The position numbers and the translations under genes were made by a program. The notes below the pieces were generated by a model, which made no database searches, had not been told where the DNA came from, and saw only the letters and a list, made by a program, of their open reading frames with translations. A stretch of DNA of 64,000 bases. It comes from Tetramitus jugosus. Lineage: Eukaryota > Protista > Heterolobosea. The stretch is taken from NCBI GenBank assembly GCA_937625935.1, contig OW569353.1, forward strand, positions 372,001 through 436,000. The letters are read 5' to 3'. Shown one piece after another: positions 35,895 through 45,996 of this stretch (the first letter of the stretch is position 1; each line of letters begins with the position of its first letter).

Positions 35895-36392
35895 ATGGCA
35901 AAAACAAACAAATCAGATCAATCGCTTACGCTGCTAAGCCACTTTTTCAAGTCTCTTCCCAGCGGAAGTACCATTGTAACCATCGAAACCAAGGAAGGAG
36001 ATGTCATCAGAGGCACTTTTGACAGCACGGACAACAATTTTAATGTCACACTGTTGGATGTGACCACGACCAAAGTTCGACCGAAACGAGTCACCAACAA
36101 ATCAAAGAAGAACAACAATAATTCATCGAGCAGTGACAAGTCAGGCTCTCAACCAGATCAGACATCAGCAGTGACATCACTACCAGTGTTTGTTGTGGCA
36201 GGAAAGCACATCCGCAATATTAATTTTGACGAATATATCGCAGTGAGTGAAGTAGTGGAGAAGGAGAGGATCAGGTTGGAGGAGGCCAAACTGGCAGACA
36301 AGAAACGTTATGATACGAAGAGAGCCGCACCACCTCAACCAGAGAGAAAACGCATACGAGTAGAAAAGGTCATGGTACGACATTACGAATGA
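35895..36392 (+). CDS. Sm/LSm-domain protein, SmD1/Lsm10-like
   Basis: Sm1 motif VTIETKEGDVIRGTFDSTDNNFNVTLLDV and Sm2 motif FVVAGKHIRNINF; no RG-repeat tail. Confidence 0.7.
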   Translation: MAKTNKSDQSLTLLSHFFKSLPSGSTIVTIETKEGDVIRGTFDSTDNNFNVTLLDVTTTKVRPKRVTNKSKKNNNNSSSSDKSGSQPDQTSAVTSLPVFVVAGKHIRNINFDEYIAVSEVVEKERIRLEEAKLADKKRYDTKRAAPPQPERKRIRVEKVMVRHYE

Positions 36393-36432
36393 ACTGGTAA
36401 GAAGGTGATTCGCTTTATGGTTAAAAATGTCT

Positions 36433-39400
36433 CTAATCATCTAAAATGGTGAGCGCAACGGAGCCTGGCTTTCGCTTATCAGCGATCGCATCGGCCTTAA
36501 TCCGCATGAGATGAAAGGGAAACATGAAAGCAGTCGCCAAGGCTGCCTTCTCATCCCTTCGTTTCAAATAGTTTTCCTCATAAGTATATTTGTAAAAATG
36601 AGCTGCAATGGCAAGCATCTTGTACTGTCCCTCTGCCATGTATCGCTTGTGGATATCCTCCTCAATCTTCTTCATTTTCACATTGAGTTCAGGATCGTCG
36701 TTCGTTTTCATTTCAATAAAAGCCTTCTTATAGTTCTCAATGTCCTCTTGAATTTTGGCCTTGTCTTGATTGGTGAGTGAATCTTGGTACGGTGTGATAT
36801 CTCTGTCATATTCACAGTCCCTGCCCAGGACAGCATCAATGCCCTGCGATCTCTCTTGAACAATGTCGAACAATTTGCCACAAAATGAATCGGAATGAGA
36901 ACTCTTGGGCGTCCATTTGGACTCGATGACCATGTAGTGAGGGACACCAATCTGCCGCACTTGTCCTTCCAAATACTCTGGCACTCGAAACGAAATACCT
37001 GTTTTTGTTGAATCAAGTGCCCTATTCACATAATTGGCAGCCTCCTGCACCAACTCACTGTGCATTCCCTGCTTATCGGCAATGATTGTTCGAATGGTTG
37101 AAATCCTTTCGAGAGTTCTCTGCATCGTGTAGTAACCTAGAAAATATCTCTTCATCTTTAGAATTTTGGATCCAATGCTTTCATCAGGAACAATCGTATT
37201 GTCGGGCGCCGTGTTTTCCTCTGCACTAAACTTTGCGGCTGGTGCATTCTTAAACGGTTCAACAAACGACTGGTCCCAAATAACAACATAATGATCTCCA
37301 TCCAAATCTCCACCACTCGTCATATCAGTTATCGGTCGGTCACCATAAGTCGAAAAAACAATCACGTTCGACAAGTGATTGAGCGCTGGGTGCGGTATCG
37401 CTGTCACTCTTCGCAAATCCCCACTGGATGTCATTGGATGTCTTCCGATCAATATATCACCAGAGAGAGGCTGTTCGTTATTGATTCTCACATAGACACA
37501 ACCTTCTTTCAAAAACCTACCCCAATCAGCCACACCCATCAGATAACCAGACTTTGGTATCGATATCTTAAACTTGTTCAGCAACTTTTGAAATTGACTT
37601 TCGAGGTATTCGTTAATTTTGTAACGAATGTAGGGTTCTGTCGTTTCAAACCCCGCAGCTAGTAACCGCTTTACTAACTTGAACACTTGACTGCTCTTGG
37701 AACTGCTCTTAAAATGATCCAATGGATCAGCTTTCACTTGTTTTACCTTCTCAAGTTCAATGTCTGCGAGAGATTCAAAGGCAGAGAAGGGAACTCCCCG
37801 ATCTTGAGCAATTAAGATCAAATCTCTATTCAATTTAACTGGTCTTGATTGAGCAAAATCGAGCACACCCAGGACCAGTTGTTCCTTGGTCGGATTATGA
37901 ACCGGAAACTTGTTCATGCTTTTCGGTATTGCTACTCTGTCTTTGGCGTACCTCCGATTCACAACAAGCACACCCTTCGCTCCCAGATAACGAATCTGAA
38001 TCGCTGAAACAAATGGCATTCTCTCTGGTGGTACATTAATTTCCTCAAGAATCCTAGTGAACAATTCTTCTCCAATGTAGCCACAACCATCAGTAAACAT
38101 GTAACTCTCGTCCTTTGTCGTAATATCATCAATAAAATCAACTTGACTCACCGGAATTTCAATCGTTGGAATCGCTGTTGAAAAGTAGAGTGATGTTCTA
38201 GTCATGAGCTTCGACACTGTCTTAATACCAGAAAAATCCCCCATATAATTAAACACATCAGCAATCGTATAGTTCGTTCCTGTCAAACTGATACAATAAT
38301 ACTGCCGCTCTCTCAATCCACTTCCACTACAAGACAAAAACTCGTATTCCATTCCCGCAACTCTAAATCGCTTTGCCAATATCGCTGCATCTGCCTCCTC
38401 ATCCACAGAGTGCTTTGGTAAACTCACGCGCAACAATCGACTGGGTCCAAACTTGCCAATCAGCTTATTAAACACTTGAACGTTCGGTCCATGCAGCGTA
38501 TATTGATTATCCTTGATATGAATCTCAAATAGAATGTACTCTTTGGATGACAAGTCCTGCCCCACATAGGGCACACTATCTTTGATCTTAAACCTTGCCT
38601 CCTTGCTCGACACGATGGAAATGTTTTTTTTGCGAACGTACGACCGCAGTTCACACTTTTCATTGAGAATCTCTAGAAATTGTTGATAGTGGTCATCGTA
38701 CGACTCTAGTGATCGAATAAATGGTAAATCAACATCTGTAATCTTCAATAATCCATTGACAATGCGCTTTTCAATCTCGAATACATGAATCGGCTGCAAC
38801 AAGTGTCTCTGCGTGTACAGGGGACAATCTGGATATTGTTCACACACGGTTTGAATCGTTGCTTTCGTCCTAGAGTTGTTAAATGTTGATACTCGATGTT
38901 GAGTATTGTTGTTATTATTACTATTTGTACTTGTGTTGTTGTTTATGATGTTGGTAGGAATGTTAGTCGTAGTAGTATTGCCATTATTCATAACATTATT
39001 CATGTTATGGTTATTATTAGTGCGATTAGGTGGTGATACAGGTTGAAATCTCTTTTGTGGTTGTGATGGTGATGGAATGGTCGTAGTGATACTTGAAATA
39101 TTGATCTGATGATGATGATGATGATTATTCGGCATGTTATTCACCGGTGACATTGATTTCTGTGATACAGACGATACAGATGACTTGTTATTTGTTGTTG
39201 TTGTTGTTGTTGTGGGAGAAGAAGAAGACGCAGATGATGGTGATGATGATAACGAAGGAGGTGGAACAAATGTAAATCTACGCTGAACACTAATATTAGC
39301 AACCTTCCTATTGTTATTATTGCTATTATCATGATTGTTGGTACTATTGTGATTACCATTCACCATGTGATTTTGAGTAAATGTTGTTGTTGTTCTTGTT

Positions 39401-39984
39401 GTTGACTGGTTATTGTTCGTATTGATCGAATGATTTATCGTTGGTCTATTCGTACTATTGTTGTTGTTGTTGTTGTTGTTGATCGGAATAGAATGATGAT
39501 TGGGTGTTGTTGTGAGTTTACTTGCCATTTGAATCCTAGGAGGCTCATACGTATCATCATTATCACTACTACCACTGCTACTACTCTCCTCACTTACACT
39601 AGTTCTTTTTTGCTGATGATGATTTCTAGTGGGAAACGTGGTGTTGTGATTCAATTTTCGAAAATTACGATCACTTCCATTTTCATTTTCATTTCCATTT
39701 TCATCATCATCATCTGTTTCTACATCAAATTGCAATGATGATGATGATGATGATTGTTGTTGTTGTTTGTTGCCACGTGGTGTTCTTCTCAATCTCTTTT
39801 TGGAAAGATTGGATGATGATCTTACTCTCTTATCACCACTACCACCACCACTTCTACTACTACTACCACCACTACTGCTCTCATGATAGTCATCATCATC
39901 ATCACTGGCGTCATCTGACGATATCAAATCAATAATATCATCTTCTCGTGAATGTTGTGTTCTTTTTCGTTTGTGCGTCACCAT
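36433..39984 (-). CDS. Cellular (RNAi-type, double-psi-beta-barrel) RNA-dependent RNA polymerase
   Basis: FTDGCGYI, AIQIRYLGAKGVL, LMGVAD, VIVFSTYGDRP and catalytic SGGDLDGDHYVVIWD motifs. About 370-aa N/S/T/H-rich N-terminus; appears intronless. Confidence 0.93.
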   Translation of the reverse strand: MVTHKRKRTQHSREDDIIDLISSDDASDDDDDYHESSSGGSSSRSGGGSGDKRVRSSSNLSKKRLRRTPRGNKQQQQSSSSSSLQFDVETDDDDENGNENENGSDRNFRKLNHNTTFPTRNHHQQKRTSVSEESSSSGSSDNDDTYEPPRIQMASKLTTTPNHHSIPINNNNNNNNSTNRPTINHSINTNNNQSTTRTTTTFTQNHMVNGNHNSTNNHDNSNNNNRKVANISVQRRFTFVPPPSLSSSPSSASSSSPTTTTTTTNNKSSVSSVSQKSMSPVNNMPNNHHHHHQINISSITTTIPSPSQPQKRFQPVSPPNRTNNNHNMNNVMNNGNTTTTNIPTNIINNNTSTNSNNNNNTQHRVSTFNNSRTKATIQTVCEQYPDCPLYTQRHLLQPIHVFEIEKRIVNGLLKITDVDLPFIRSLESYDDHYQQFLEILNEKCELRSYVRKKNISIVSSKEARFKIKDSVPYVGQDLSSKEYILFEIHIKDNQYTLHGPNVQVFNKLIGKFGPSRLLRVSLPKHSVDEEADAAILAKRFRVAGMEYEFLSCSGSGLRERQYYCISLTGTNYTIADVFNYMGDFSGIKTVSKLMTRTSLYFSTAIPTIEIPVSQVDFIDDITTKDESYMFTDGCGYIGEELFTRILEEINVPPERMPFVSAIQIRYLGAKGVLVVNRRYAKDRVAIPKSMNKFPVHNPTKEQLVLGVLDFAQSRPVKLNRDLILIAQDRGVPFSAFESLADIELEKVKQVKADPLDHFKSSSKSSQVFKLVKRLLAAGFETTEPYIRYKINEYLESQFQKLLNKFKISIPKSGYLMGVADWGRFLKEGCVYVRINNEQPLSGDILIGRHPMTSSGDLRRVTAIPHPALNHLSNVIVFSTYGDRPITDMTSGGDLDGDHYVVIWDQSFVEPFKNAPAAKFSAEENTAPDNTIVPDESIGSKILKMKRYFLGYYTMQRTLERISTIRTIIADKQGMHSELVQEAANYVNRALDSTKTGISFRVPEYLEGQVRQIGVPHYMVIESKWTPKSSHSDSFCGKLFDIVQERSQGIDAVLGRDCEYDRDITPYQDSLTNQDKAKIQEDIENYKKAFIEMKTNDDPELNVKMKKIEEDIHKRYMAEGQYKMLAIAAHFYKYTYEENYLKRRDEKAALATAFMFPFHLMRIKADAIADKRKPGSVALTILDD
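38900..39910. repeat. Coding microsatellite / low-complexity region (polyN, T, S, H, D) in the RdRP N-terminus
   Basis: (TTG)n, (TGA)n and (CTA)n runs, for example 39458-39481 and 39735-39766. Confidence 0.8.
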
Positions 39985-40097
39985 TGAATGTTATTGTTGT
40001 TGTTGTTGTGCTGATTGTTTGTTTTTGTGTATGCCAAGTTGTCGCGAAATTTTCACACAAAAAGTGACTATTTTTGGAATATCTTGTGACAAGTCGT

Positions 40098-41822
40098 TTA
40101 TTGACTGGCAGGTGCAGGTTGCATGTGATAGATGCAAGGATTGTGTCTCGTCAAAATGTGTTTGTAAACATACATGTACAATGTTCGGCAGTTGAGTAAA
40201 CCATCAAACATGAGAACTAACATGATAAAGTAACAAAGGAATCGCAGGACTGACATGGTGAGTTCAATATCACCAATCATTGATTGAAAATTAACAATCA
40301 AGAGAGGGAGCCAGAGAATTATTGGGGCAATGATAGCGTTCCTCAGATCTTTGATGAGGACAGAGGGTAGAAGCTTTAAGTTGTCTTTCAAGGACCGTGT
40401 GGGATTGGATAGTTCGGAAAGGATGAGGGCGATCGCCGGAAAGAACACGATACATAGTACCACAATCCATGTATGTCTCAGATTAATGAACACTGTGGAA
40501 AATATCGGGAAATGTTCGTAGATTGCTAACAGATCACTATTGACTCGCGTTATAAGCTTCATGAACTGGAATAGCACATCGAGATTTAGGACCAGAGCAA
40601 CTAGCGCAATCAGAAAGAATGCTGAAGTTTTCAAATAAAGATTCTGCGGTAGTCCTATCAGTTTGTACTGTATGCAAAGAGCAATGAGATTGCTCTCTTT
40701 CGTAATGTATGAAAATGGCCAATCCATCACAGCTTGAACTTCAACGATGTCTCCTCGATCGAGTACTTGATATAGAGCCTCATTCTTCTCAAAGTTATTA
40801 TGAGGTAGATTCCTCTCCTTCACGACCAATCTGTGGACGGATGCTGAATTTTTCGGTTGTACGAAGACCCAATCTTGGATAGTCTTCCTAACTTCACCCT
40901 GGAAGCTAAAAGCCATCTTGTGACACAAGAATTGTAATTGCAAGCAAGTCAATAATGAATTTGATCGATCAAATCTGAGTACCATTGGTATGTTCTTAGT
41001 AACCCGATATGTCTCTAGTTCAGCTCGTCTATCTAAAAAGTTGTAATGGTTCTTGAGCTCGAGGGTCTGCACCCGAACCACTAGACCCTTGCGATACCGA
41101 CAAAAACCATCTAATGTACCAACTATTCTGATGATATGCTTATGATGCTCATCGAGCTGGTCCCTTTGCCAATCGTCTAACTCCTCCATGATCAAATTAT
41201 TCTTATAATGATCATACTCGATTCCAAAAGTTCGCTCGCCATGATAAGATACTGGTACGTCCCAACGATCAAGAGTAATAGTAACAATCCAATCTACATA
41301 GATTGGGGTTTGATCCAGGATGATCAAGCTCTTTGGGCCATACTTTGGCAACACGGCAATAAATCCCAGAATCAGTCTTCTCCAATCACAGAACGCTCTC
41401 TTGTAGCATCGAATACTCTCATCTGATAACTCATCCATATCCGTAGGAGGAGAAGAGGGTTGATATTGATTCACATTACTCAATGAAAACAAGCACCTAC
41501 AGTTCTCCCACAACATCATATGCAACCGTTCGACCTTCTGCAGAGGTTTCTTCAGTATATGCCTCAACATTTTCGTGACGCGATGAACTCTATCCGATTG
41601 ATAACAACTACTACAACATCCAAAGAGATCAATTCCTAGAGTTTTTTTAACAATCTTCCGTTGAGGTGGTGTCATCTTTGTCATGTTGATCCGTATCAGA
41701 TCATCCACCAGGTTCTTGATGCGTCGATTTACGAGCACTGTTGAGAAAAGTAAATGATCCAATGGAACAAACTCTAACATGTACTGCAACTCATCCGTGG
41801 ATAAACAGGTTGTAATGTTCAT
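40098..41822 (-). CDS. F-box-like protein with C-terminal multi-pass membrane region
   Basis: LSTDELQYMLEFVPLDHLLFSTVLVNRRIK at the N-terminus and about 4 hydrophobic helices at the C-terminus. ATG 41822 inferred as the start. Confidence 0.55.
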   Translation of the reverse strand: MNITTCLSTDELQYMLEFVPLDHLLFSTVLVNRRIKNLVDDLIRINMTKMTPPQRKIVKKTLGIDLFGCCSSCYQSDRVHRVTKMLRHILKKPLQKVERLHMMLWENCRCLFSLSNVNQYQPSSPPTDMDELSDESIRCYKRAFCDWRRLILGFIAVLPKYGPKSLIILDQTPIYVDWIVTITLDRWDVPVSYHGERTFGIEYDHYKNNLIMEELDDWQRDQLDEHHKHIIRIVGTLDGFCRYRKGLVVRVQTLELKNHYNFLDRRAELETYRVTKNIPMVLRFDRSNSLLTCLQLQFLCHKMAFSFQGEVRKTIQDWVFVQPKNSASVHRLVVKERNLPHNNFEKNEALYQVLDRGDIVEVQAVMDWPFSYITKESNLIALCIQYKLIGLPQNLYLKTSAFFLIALVALVLNLDVLFQFMKLITRVNSDLLAIYEHFPIFSTVFINLRHTWIVVLCIVFFPAIALILSELSNPTRSLKDNLKLLPSVLIKDLRNAIIAPIILWLPLLIVNFQSMIGDIELTMSVLRFLCYFIMLVLMFDGLLNCRTLYMYVYKHILTRHNPCIYHMQPAPASQ

Positions 41823-41910
41823 GCTGCTCTTTTTTGGTTGTTTATTTGAGGGACGAAGGTGGAAATTTTTCTCCGCAACCAATACAATTACAGTTTTCAC
41901 ACCCGAGTCT

Positions 41911-42324
41911 CTAGAGGCAATTGGTACTTTTTGTGATGATTTGGGCCTTGAGAATTTGATTTTCAATTCTTCTCTTCACTCTCAAAACCGCCTCCTCTCT
42001 TTCAAATCCTGTCTCAAGTAAGTCCAACTTCTTGTGGTTTTCTTTTCCTTTACCATGTTTTTCAACTGCTTTGGCGAGGTGTGCTTCATTGGATGGTTGG
42101 AGTTTATTGTGATTATGATGTTGGATTGGAGTAGATTCTTGACGAAGAGCTTGATTCTTCTGTTTATTGGAAAAGGATGATGCCGTACTGGAAGCATCCC
42201 TCTTGGCTTGTTGTATTTTTCGACGCATCAAACCAATGTATGATTTCCGTGCAATGCTCTTGTGATGGTGAGAAACAGAAGCTTTTCTTTCGAGAGTGTG
42301 ATGAGAGTCTTCTGAAGATGTCAT
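41911..42324 (-). CDS. Small basic hypothetical protein
   Basis: About 137-aa ORF from ATG 42324 filling the gap between neighbouring genes; helical C-terminus. Confidence 0.45.
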   Translation of the reverse strand: MTSSEDSHHTLERKASVSHHHKSIARKSYIGLMRRKIQQAKRDASSTASSFSNKQKNQALRQESTPIQHHNHNKLQPSNEAHLAKAVEKHGKGKENHKKLDLLETGFEREEAVLRVKRRIENQILKAQIITKSTNCL

Positions 42325-42436
42325 AGAAAGATTTATTGTATCAAGAGCAGAGAAGAAATTGTTGTGATGAAAAATTGTATCGAACAATAAAGTTTTATTA
42401 TCCCCGCTCTGGTTTAGAGTTGCTCAAGGAGGGATT

Positions 42437-45388
42437 TTACACAGCAGCTCCTGTTGGGTTCAAGGAAGCCACTGTATTCATTGAAAAAGAAACTCTTAAA
42501 CGTTTGCCATCAATTTCGGCATTGTGCATTTGACAGAGAGCTCTAACTGCCATATCCATTGACTTTTGTTCCTCAAAGTCTTCGAATTTAATCAGACCCA
42601 TTGTTCTAATCTTTGGAACATCAGTTGGAGATGAATTAGAGCTTTGTTGGTCTTCTTGGCTAGCTTCATACTGCCAAACCTTGACTGCACACACGTTACC
42701 AAACTTGGAGAACAATAGCTTTAGTCTATCATCAGACATCTTCTCTTTGTCAAAGTTAGAGATGTGAAGTGTGTCACTTGGAGGACAGACTCTTCTAAAA
42801 ACTGAATACTTCTCTCTGCGAGAGTATCTATTCAAATGGACAGGTATTTTCTCAAAATTGATAAAGAGCATTTGTGACAACTTTTCAATAGAGAAGTTCT
42901 TCTCTGTTGGACTCAGAGCACCATTGGGTCCAGACTCGTTTGTAGTATCACGGATCTGGAAGTGTTTTGAGAAGTTGATGTTCAAGGTGAAACCATGTAA
43001 CCGAACACCCTTGAGTGAATTCACAGCCATATTCGCTTGTTTGTAGTTGCCCATCTGCACAAGAGCATGATTTCTCTTTTGTTGCTTTTGGAACAATTTC
43101 AAACGCAAAATATAACCGTAGCATGAGAATAAATTGAACAAGTGCATCAAAGTTGTCTCCTGTATATGAAAAGAAATGCAAGTTAGCAACTAATTTGTAA
43201 GAACAGTGTGTAGCCATGAAAATTACATACACCTTCACTAAAGTTGGACACAAGTAGTACGCTCTTCTCGCCATGGTTTTGATATGCGTCATTTGCATCA
43301 GAAGCATTAGAATCATTTGCATTCTTGGAAGCAGTCGTGGAAGTGTTAGTCATGGAATTGACATCTGAGGAGGTAATTGCAGGGAGAGGTGGGCTACTTG
43401 AACTCAAACTCATTGCTGCCATGTTTGCAGTCAATTGTTGCTGTGGTTGTTGTTGAACAGAAATCATGGAATGGATTGGAGAAGGAGCAGACAGAGGTGT
43501 CATTGCAGTGACCAACGGAGAGGCACTAAACAAAGCACCAGCTCCAGTCAAATCTCCATAGGACCATCCTAAATCAGGATTAGTAAAATCTCTCATACGC
43601 TCAGAATTTTCCTTGACAGTCAAATCTCGCAAGTGACTGAATTGAACATTTGGCCAAACTCCAAAGAGAGCACTCCTGGCTTTCTGTGCCTCTTCGACCT
43701 TTGAAAATTGAACAAGAGCTTGTAAGCCATTGCTCTTTGTGAAGATGACAATCTTGTATATTTGACCATGAACAGAGAAGAGTTGATGCAATTGGGAGCA
43801 TGTGAATTGGAATGGTAGAGAAACAAGCAGAATGTTACTAGCAGATTCGCTCTAAAATGAATAACAAGTGGATCAATGGTTAGTATTCATTCAACGCACA
43901 ATAAACGTCTGACATGTTGACAACAAATGAAACAATGGTATTAGTACTTACTGCTTGAGAATTCAAAAATGCACTGGGAGAAGATGGGGATTGAGGCTGT
44001 GGGGAAGTGCTAGTGATCACTACATCAGTATTGCTGGAATTTGAAATGTGGTTCGACTTGTTGGTGGTGGACGTGTTGTCAACAGAATTGTTGTTACTCA
44101 CAACCATTTGCTGTTGTTGGTGTGCTTGTAGAACGGGAGGAGAGGGAGTGGAGGATGAGAGAGCAGCAGGTGAAGGAACAGTAATATTCAATTTACCCTT
44201 GTTCAACTGTTGATGACCACTGTAACTCATGAAAATCTCTTGACCACGAATGTAGCATCTGTGTTGAGGGAACGCAGACATGAATTCCTTGGCAGAATCG
44301 AGGCTTGTGAATTGAACAAGCGCCTGGTGATTCTTCACCAACAGGAAATGAGAAACAGTACCATACTTGGATGCCAAAGTTAACAAATCATGCTGTGAAA
44401 CAGTAGTAGGCACTTGTCTAAAGTGAATTACTGGAGACTCTTGTTGTTGAGGCAGAGTGTTATTACCAGCAGTAGTCACTGGAGTATTCATCATGTGATG
44501 GTGGTGATGGTAGTGCTGTGATTGATGATGATGATGCTGCTGTTGTTGTTGTTGTTGCTGTTGCTGTTGATGGTAATGAACAGCGCTATTGGATGGAATA
44601 CCAGCATGCTGTTGTTGTTGTTGTTGTTGATGGTGGTGCTGTTGTTGCTGTGCTTGATGGAGATGACTCTGTTGATGATGAGCCAAATTGACAGGGTTGC
44701 CAACAGAGTTGTTGTTGTTGTTAGAAGTAGTGGCAACATTGGCGTTATGATAATTCATTGGATGACCACCCAAGTGGAACTGTTGATGGTGGTGATGAGC
44801 TAATTGTTGCTGTTGTTGATGGAGATGACTCTGCTGATGCTGCTGATGCTGCTGTGGGAGTAAGTGTTGCAGGTGAGGAGAGGGAGGTGACTGAGAATTG
44901 TTGCCAGCAGTCAAATGATGACTCATCGATCCATTGTGCATTAGACTTGCATTGGAGGTTGGTGTTGGATTGACTTGTTGTTGCAACAAGTGTTGCAAGT
45001 GATGATTCACATTGGTGTTCGCTAATGGGGAGCTGCTCAGAGATGGAAGTGATTGAGTTGAGGGAGAAGCTTGATACTGATGCATCATCATACCCATCAT
45101 TGGTACATGAATTGCTGATGATGATGATGATGGATTAGTAGCTGTGCTATGGTGATGATGGTGATGGTGCTGTTGTTGTTGATAAGCTTGTTGTTGTTGT
45201 TGTGCATTTGCTGCAGCTGCTGGATGACCACCGCGATGAACTGTAGGATTATTTTTGGCGGGATTTGAGTTTGAATGAGGGCGCGCATGAAACATGTGAC
45301 CTTGTAACTGTTGTTGCGGCTTATTCAAGCTATTGGCTGCAGAGGGTGCGGCATTGGTTGATGCTGTTGATGTACTTGTGTTTTGCAT
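42437..45388 (-). CDS. PTB / hnRNP L family multi-RRM RNA-binding protein, 3 exons
   Basis: SPVIHFRQVP...QALVQF, LHQLFSVHGQIYKIVIFTKSNGLQALVQF, LFNLFSCYG...ALVQM and PPSDTLHISN mark four RRMs. Introns 43852-43951 and 43160-43230. PolyQ/H N-terminus. Confidence 0.88.
44488..45210. repeat. Coding trinucleotide microsatellites (CAA/CAG/CAT) giving polyQ/polyH tracts
   Basis: Repeated TGT/TGC/TGA runs on the + strand inside exon 1 of the PTB-like gene. Confidence 0.85.
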
Positions 45389-45996
45389 TTGTGTATGTGT
45401 GTGGATGAGTTCTCAGTATTGCAGCAAAATTGGATCTTTTTTTGTGTGTTCTTTTTCGAAATTGTAAAAATATTGAGTGAGGGATGTGCGTAGTGATGTG
45501 GTCACTGGTGCAAGTGTGGAGCAAATAGACCTTATTGCTGTGTTGTTGCTTGCTGTGAGCTCAGTAGTGGCGTTGTTGTTGTTGATCGTTGCTTGTTGTG
45601 TTGGGCAAGAAATCAAATTTGTTGTTCGTTTTGTTGTTGTTGTTGTTGGTCGTTCACACACAGAGTATTTTCGTGTGATGAGAGATAGTGTTCTTTCTGT
45701 TGTTCAATGTGTGTGTCTGTGTTGATGATGAGTGTAGAAAGGAAAGGAAAGTTTTTGAGAGTAGTTGTTGTTGGTGAATGAAGAAGGTACCCACGTGATG
45801 TGTGTGTGTGAATAAAGATGGGGGAAAAGTTTTGAGGTTGTTGAATATCAATGGCGAAAATACTCTCAGTTGGGGGAGAAGAATTTGATTGAACGTGTGT
45901 GTGTGAATTCGTAGGGTCGAGATGGAGGATGAGTTGTGTGAAAATTTTTTGTCGTTCAAGGCGCGTGTTTTTGAGTGAGGAGGGGAGCGTCGTTCA

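Noticed and set aside
36433-39984. RdRP as an endogenous RNA virus element
   Set aside because: It has the DLDGD double-psi-barrel signature of cellular RdRPs rather than viral palm motifs (GDD), and no viral genes flank it.
44491-45959. Short ORFs and tandem repeats as a CRISPR array or mobile element
   Set aside because: These are simple trinucleotide and dinucleotide microsatellites, with no repeat-spacer structure, terminal repeats or transposase.
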